Shown here piece after piece: positions 58,353 through 62,593 of a stretch of 62,593 nt of DNA. Position numbers and translations under genes: made by a program. The notes under the pieces were generated by a model. The model was not told the origin of the DNA. It was given only the letters and a program-made list of their open reading frames with translations, and did not search any database. Position 1 is the first letter of the stretch, and every line of letters starts with the position of its first letter. This DNA is from Actinomycetota bacterium (GTDB lineage: Bacteria; Actinomycetota; UBA4738; HRBIN12), in the NCBI GenBank assembly GCA_046724395.1, contig JBKOWM010000002.1, positions 1-62,593 on the forward strand. Direction: 5' to 3'.

Positions 58353-59591
58353 TCAGGTCTCGATGGTCGTCCCGGTGATCGTCCCTAGGGGTGGCGCGCC
58401 GGCCTCGCCCTGGCCCGCGCTCGCGCCGTCGAAGCGCTCGTCGCGCAGCGCGATCCGCGCGACGACGGCGGCCGCGAGGGTCAGCACCGACGCCGCCGAG
58501 TACAGGACGAGCGGGCCGAGCGACTCGTACACCATGCCGCCGAGTCCCGTCCCGAGGATCGGGCCGAGGCCGAATCCGGTCATCATCGCGACCGACTGGC
58601 CCGTCGAGTACAGGGACCGCGGCACCATCCGGCCGATGACGACGACGGTCGTCGTGAACAGCAGAGCGAAGCCGACGCCCTCGAACGTCGTGAGCGCGGA
58701 CACTACCCGCGGGCTCTCGACGAGTCCCCAGAGCAGGAAGCCGGTCGCGTAGACGACGCAGCCCGCGACGAAGAGACGGCGAAGACCGAATCGCCGCTGC
58801 AACCTCGAGGACGAGCGCATCGTCGGAACCTCGACGAGGCCGCCCAGCGCTGTCCCGATGCCGACCAGAAGCGGACCTCCGCCACCGCTTTCGATCTTGA
58901 GCGCGATGAAGTTCCATGCCCCGTTGAACCCGGTCCAAAGGAGCAGCAACGCGACCAAGAACACCCAGAACCTCGGCACGGCGCGGAAGAGGGTTCCGAC
59001 GGTCCCGAGCCGTCCGTGCTCGCCTCCGCCGTGGCGCGGGCGGTCGGCGGCGATGGTGCCGGCCCATACAGCGACACCTAGACTCGCGATGGCGAACGCC
59101 ACCATCGCCCACCGCACGCCAGCGGCCTGCAGGACGACGCCGAGCAGAAAGCACGCGCCCGCGTAGCTGAGGCTCTCCCACGAGCGGATGCGACCGTAGT
59201 CGTGCATACGCTCATCGCCGAGGTACGTCAGCGCGATCGCATCCATATTCGGACCAGTCGACGCCTGGAACGCCGCAAACACGAACGCCACCGCCGCGAT
59301 CGCGATCGGTTCCTGCGCATAGAAGAGACCAACCGCCGCGACCGCGGCACCCACCGATCCGATCTGGAGCGCCCGCCGTCGTCCGAGCGACGTGTCGGCG
59401 AGGTGCCCCCACATCGGGTTGGCCGCGATCCGAGCGAGGGCCATCGAGGCCAGAACGAACCCGATGTCGGTCGGCGACAGCCCACGATCGTCGAGGAACA
59501 GGGCGATGAACGGAAAGAACGACGCGATGACGACGCCGAAGAGCACGAACAGAACCCGGATCGAGACAGCAGGCCGGATTCGGACGCTCAC
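58353..59591 (-). CDS. MFS transporter
   Basis: 412 aa, about 12 hydrophobic segments. Loop motif GHLADTSLGRRRAL (MFS D-R/K-x-G-R-R/K type). GTG overlaps the upstream TGA (GTGA at 59588-59591). Confidence 0.85.
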   Translation of the reverse strand: MSVRIRPAVSIRVLFVLFGVVIASFFPFIALFLDDRGLSPTDIGFVLASMALARIAANPMWGHLADTSLGRRRALQIGSVGAAVAAVGLFYAQEPIAIAAVAFVFAAFQASTGPNMDAIALTYLGDERMHDYGRIRSWESLSYAGACFLLGVVLQAAGVRWAMVAFAIASLGVAVWAGTIAADRPRHGGGEHGRLGTVGTLFRAVPRFWVFLVALLLLWTGFNGAWNFIALKIESGGGGPLLVGIGTALGGLVEVPTMRSSSRLQRRFGLRRLFVAGCVVYATGFLLWGLVESPRVVSALTTFEGVGFALLFTTTVVVIGRMVPRSLYSTGQSVAMMTGFGLGPILGTGLGGMVYESLGPLVLYSAASVLTLAAAVVARIALRDERFDGASAGQGEAGAPPLGTITGTTIET

Positions 59592-60421
59592 CGCCCGGTC
59601 GTGTCCGGTGCTTGTATCGCGGCCGGATCCCAGACGCTCGACGGGATGTCCAAGGCGTCGCGCAGCTCCGCGAGCCGCGCCCGGCGGCCCTCGTCGTCGA
59701 CGGGCTTGGAGCTCGGGACCGCGAGAAACGGCTCCAATCGACGGCGAGCCTCCACATCGCCCGGACCGGATGTCGAGGACCGCAGCGTCGCGACCGCCTT
59801 TGCGGCATCGGGCGCGTGATAGATGCCGGTGCCTGACGTCAGCATGTCCGCACCGGCCCGGGTGTACCCCAACGCGTTGTCGGGCTTGACGCCGCCGTCG
59901 ACCTCGATCGCCGTTCGCGTCCCGAGCTCGTCGATCCGGCTACGAAGCCGGCCGATCCGCTCGAACGTGTCGGCGGCCGATGACGCTCCGCCCCAGCCGA
60001 GCGGCACGGCGACGAGGTTCACGACGTCCACGGCCTCGAGCAGCGCCGTCGGAATCGCGTCGATCGGCGTGTCGAGCCGCACCGCCAAACCCACCGCCCG
60101 CCGCTCGGCGCGGATCCGCCTCACGACGTCCGCCCGATCGGAGGTCGCCTCCAGGTGAAACATCACGAGGTCGGCGCCCGCGTCCGACATGCGCTGCACC
60201 CACGTGCTCGGCTGTTCGACCATGAGGTGGACCTCGATCGGTAGGTCGATCCACGAGCGGATGCGTGCGACGAGGAAGTCGCCGAACGTCAGGCGCGGCA
60301 CGAAGTGGCCGTCCATCACGTCGAGCGAGAAGGCATCGACGCCGGCGTCGGCGACGCGCTCGATCTCTCGTCGCAGATCGGAGAAGTCCGCGTCGAGGAT
60401 CGACGCCGCGATCACTGCCAC
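59588..60421 (-). CDS. Ribulose-phosphate 3-epimerase family protein with a C-terminal extension of about 60 aa
   Basis: ASILDADFSDL, SLDVMDGHFVP, EVHLMV and IEVDGGV motifs. The extension after about residue 215 has no motif I recognise. Confidence 0.82.
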   Translation of the reverse strand: MAVIAASILDADFSDLRREIERVADAGVDAFSLDVMDGHFVPRLTFGDFLVARIRSWIDLPIEVHLMVEQPSTWVQRMSDAGADLVMFHLEATSDRADVVRRIRAERRAVGLAVRLDTPIDAIPTALLEAVDVVNLVAVPLGWGGASSAADTFERIGRLRSRIDELGTRTAIEVDGGVKPDNALGYTRAGADMLTSGTGIYHAPDAAKAVATLRSSTSGPGDVEARRRLEPFLAVPSSKPVDDEGRRARLAELRDALDIPSSVWDPAAIQAPDTTGR

Positions 60422-60451
60422 GCGGGTGATCCTATCGACGCACTTACCCGA

Positions 60452-61207
60452 TCAAACGACGGTGACGGCGACACCGGCGTCGGCGATGCGCTTCTGCTCG
60501 TCGAGGTCGGCCTCGTCGTCCGTGACGAGCTCGTCCACGGCCTCGATCGGGCAGATCTCCACGAACGCGACACGACCGAGCTTCGATCCGTCAGCGACGA
60601 CGACCACCCGTGCCGCGGTGTCGAGCACAGCACGGTCGGTGTGCGCCTCGACCTCATGGTGCGTCGTGAGGCCGGCGGCCGCCGTGACGCCGTCCGCGCC
60701 TATGAACGCGACGTCCAGATGCAGGTCGCCGACCGCGCGGTCGGCGATCGGCCCCACGAGCTCGTACGTCTCGGAACGCGCGACCCCGCCCGTGACGACG
60801 AGCTTGATGTTGGGTCGTATCGCGAGCTCGCTCGCGATGTTGAGCGCGTTCGTGACGACCGTCAGCGGCCGGTGCGCGACGGCGCGAGCAACCTCGGTGG
60901 TCGTCGTGCCGCCGGTGAGACCGATCACCGCTCCATCGTGCACGCGCGCCGCGGCCTCCTCCCCGATACGACGTTTCTGCTCCTGGCGCCTGGCCGAGCG
61001 ATAGCGAAGCGGAAGCTCGTACGAGACCATCTGCGCGACGGCGCCGCCGTGCGTGCGCGTAAGCAGGCGCTGCTCCTCGAGCAGCTCTAGGTCGCGCCGG
61101 ACCGTCGCGGCGGACACCCCTAGGCGCTCGCCGAGCTGCGTCACGCCGACCGAGCCCACCGCCGCGAGCTCCTCCAGGATCACGCCGAGCCGCTCTGCCT
61201 GACGCAT
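60452..61207 (-). CDS. DeoR-family transcriptional regulator
   Basis: HTH VTQLGERLGVSAATVRRDLELLEEQRLLTRTHGGA plus a DeoR C-terminal sensor domain. Divergent from the SIS gene. Confidence 0.9.
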   Translation of the reverse strand: MRQAERLGVILEELAAVGSVGVTQLGERLGVSAATVRRDLELLEEQRLLTRTHGGAVAQMVSYELPLRYRSARRQEQKRRIGEEAAARVHDGAVIGLTGGTTTTEVARAVAHRPLTVVTNALNIASELAIRPNIKLVVTGGVARSETYELVGPIADRAVGDLHLDVAFIGADGVTAAAGLTTHHEVEAHTDRAVLDTAARVVVVADGSKLGRVAFVEICPIEAVDELVTDDEADLDEQKRIADAGVAVTVV

Positions 61208-61267
61208 GCGCGAAGTATAGGGATATGCGTTGCGCGGGTGATCGCTTCTGACCTATAGTCCGCCGAA

Positions 61268-62185
61268 GTGAGCGAAATCGCGCGTGAAATCGCGAGCCAG
61301 CCCGACTGCTGGCGCGAGGCAGCGCAGAGGGGGCACGCGCGTTCCGAGATCCTGCCCGTCGCGGGCACCCGCGTCGGCGTGATCGGCTGCGGGACATCGC
61401 TCTTCGGCGCGCAGGCGTACGCGGCGTTGCGCGAGTCGCTCGGCCTGGGCGAGACGGACGCGTTCCCGGCCTCGGAGATGCCGCGCGGCAGGGCGTGGTC
61501 GACGCTCGTCGCTATCTCGAGAAGCGGCACGACGACGGAGGTCGTCGACGCGATGGACGCCGTGACGGGGTGCCGGCGCGTGGCGATCGTCGGCGTGCAG
61601 GACTCCCCAGTCGCCGCTCACGCCGACGAGGTCATCGCGCTCGAGTTCGCCGACGAGCGCTCGGTGGTGCAGACGCGGTTCGCGACCAGCGCGCTCGCGC
61701 TGCTGCGCGCGCAACTCGGGCAGGATCTCGAGGGAGCGGCCGCCGATGCCGAAAGCGTCCTCGCCGAGGACCCGCCCGTGGATCCCAGGGCGCACGACCA
61801 TTTCGTCTTCCTGGGAGCCGGGTGGAGCGTAGGACTCGCGAACGAGGCGGCGCTCAAGCTCCGCGAGGCGGCGCAGGCCTGGACCGAGTCCTATCCGGCC
61901 ATGGAGTACCGACACGGTCCCATCAGCGTGGCTCGGCCTGGCACGCTGGTGTGGGCGATCGGCGACGTCGGCCGAGACGTCCTCGAGGACGCCGCCGAAA
62001 CCGGCGCCACCGTCGTCGGCGACGGACTCGACCCGATGGCAGAGCTCGTGCGCATCCAGCGGGCGGCGGTGGCGCTCGCCGAGCACCGCGGCTTGGATCC
62101 GGACCGGCCCCGTCACCTGACACGCTCGGTCGTCCTCAGCACCGCCGGGGGCGTCGCCGACGACGGGGGTTCGGGGGCTGTATGA
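61268..62185 (+). CDS. SIS-domain sugar-phosphate isomerase/deaminase (AgaS / GlmS C-terminal-like)
   Basis: GVIGCGTSLFGAQAYA, LVAISRSGTTTEVV, second SIS half FLGAGWSVGLANEAALKLRE. GTG start at 61268. Confidence 0.85.
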   Translation: MSEIAREIASQPDCWREAAQRGHARSEILPVAGTRVGVIGCGTSLFGAQAYAALRESLGLGETDAFPASEMPRGRAWSTLVAISRSGTTTEVVDAMDAVTGCRRVAIVGVQDSPVAAHADEVIALEFADERSVVQTRFATSALALLRAQLGQDLEGAAADAESVLAEDPPVDPRAHDHFVFLGAGWSVGLANEAALKLREAAQAWTESYPAMEYRHGPISVARPGTLVWAIGDVGRDVLEDAAETGATVVGDGLDPMAELVRIQRAAVALAEHRGLDPDRPRHLTRSVVLSTAGGVADDGGSGAV

Positions 62186-62255
62186 GCGAGCGCGGTTGCG
62201 CGAGCCGAGCCCTTGCGGGAGGGCGTCAACGTATGCAGAGGACGAGGGGGAAGCG

Positions 62256-62593
62256 ATGAGATCCGGACGGTACCCGCTGGCTCGATGGCTCGTGGCCACG
62301 TTCGCGATGCTGCTGCTGGCCGGCGCGTGCACGTTCGGCGAAGGCGCCTCGTCGAGCGAAGGGAACGGGGGAGGCAGCGGGGGCCCGATCGAGTTGACGA
62401 TGTGGGCGCACCGGAGCAAGTCGTTCGATCAGGCCATCCGAGACGCGGCAAGGGAGTATCACGACGCGCACCCGAACGTCACGATCACTCTCGAGACCTT
62501 CGCCTACGACGACTACATCCAGACGCTGCAGACGGCCCTTCCCGCCGGCAATGGGCCCGACATCATCCACATGTTCGGAACGTGGGCGTGCAC
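62256..62593 (+). CDS. ABC-transporter sugar-binding lipoprotein (partial, runs off the window end)
   Basis: Hand translation MRSGRYPLARWLVATFAMLLLAGACTFGEG...IELTMWAHRSKSFDQAIRDAAREYHDAHPNVTITLETFAYDDYIQTLQTALPAGNGPDIIHMFGTW. Lipobox LLAGAC. GAGGGGGAAGCG-ATG. Confidence 0.75.
   Translation, partial: MRSGRYPLARWLVATFAMLLLAGACTFGEGASSSEGNGGGSGGPIELTMWAHRSKSFDQAIRDAAREYHDAHPNVTITLETFAYDDYIQTLQTALPAGNGPDIIHMFGTWAC

Overview
This is a GC-rich chromosomal segment that looks like Actinomycetota. The supporting genes are pup, the GlgE alpha-glucan pathway, Pmt, DUF3052, DUF222-HNH and an AAC(2')-type gene. I call about 55 protein genes, 2 tRNAs and 2 gene relics, nearly all on the minus strand. All product calls rest on motifs I recognised in the supplied translations; no database search was run.

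From about 20.4 kb to 47.5 kb the window follows a conserved housekeeping order: rsmI, metG, tatD, yabE-like, ksgA, ispE, glmU, prs, ctc, pth, mfd, mazG, eno, ftsB/divIC, an S1 protein and DUF501-ppx. This matches both the B. subtilis yab region and the M. tuberculosis Rv1002c-Rv1026 region. Lineage-specific insertions interrupt it.

The left third carries a five-gene GlgE-pathway operon (glgE, treS-mak fusion, malQ, glgB, glgX). The right end carries peptidase, oxidoreductase and sugar-utilisation genes.

Many ORF-track entries have spurious N-terminal extensions. I re-set those starts using conserved N-termini, Shine-Dalgarno sequences and nine 4-nt stop/start overlaps (GTGA, ATGA or TTGA).

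Items most worth follow-up:
- An unannotated 36-codon ORF with a textbook C2H2 zinc-finger pattern, next to an orphan pup gene and a stand-alone LigD-type polymerase.
- Two tandem paralogous mini-ORFs (28 and 29 aa, membrane-peptide-like) with strong SDs downstream of pth.
- A single-polypeptide ECF sigma factor fused to a membrane anchor and an extracytoplasmic domain.
- A pseudo-receiver protein with a TM segment, a Pro/Ser/Thr-rich region and a sorting-signal-like tail.
- Three conserved genes whose essential N-terminal motifs lie upstream of any ATG, GTG or TTG. One of them sits in frame behind the TGA of the preceding gene.

I saw no CRISPR array, rRNA, transposase or integrase.
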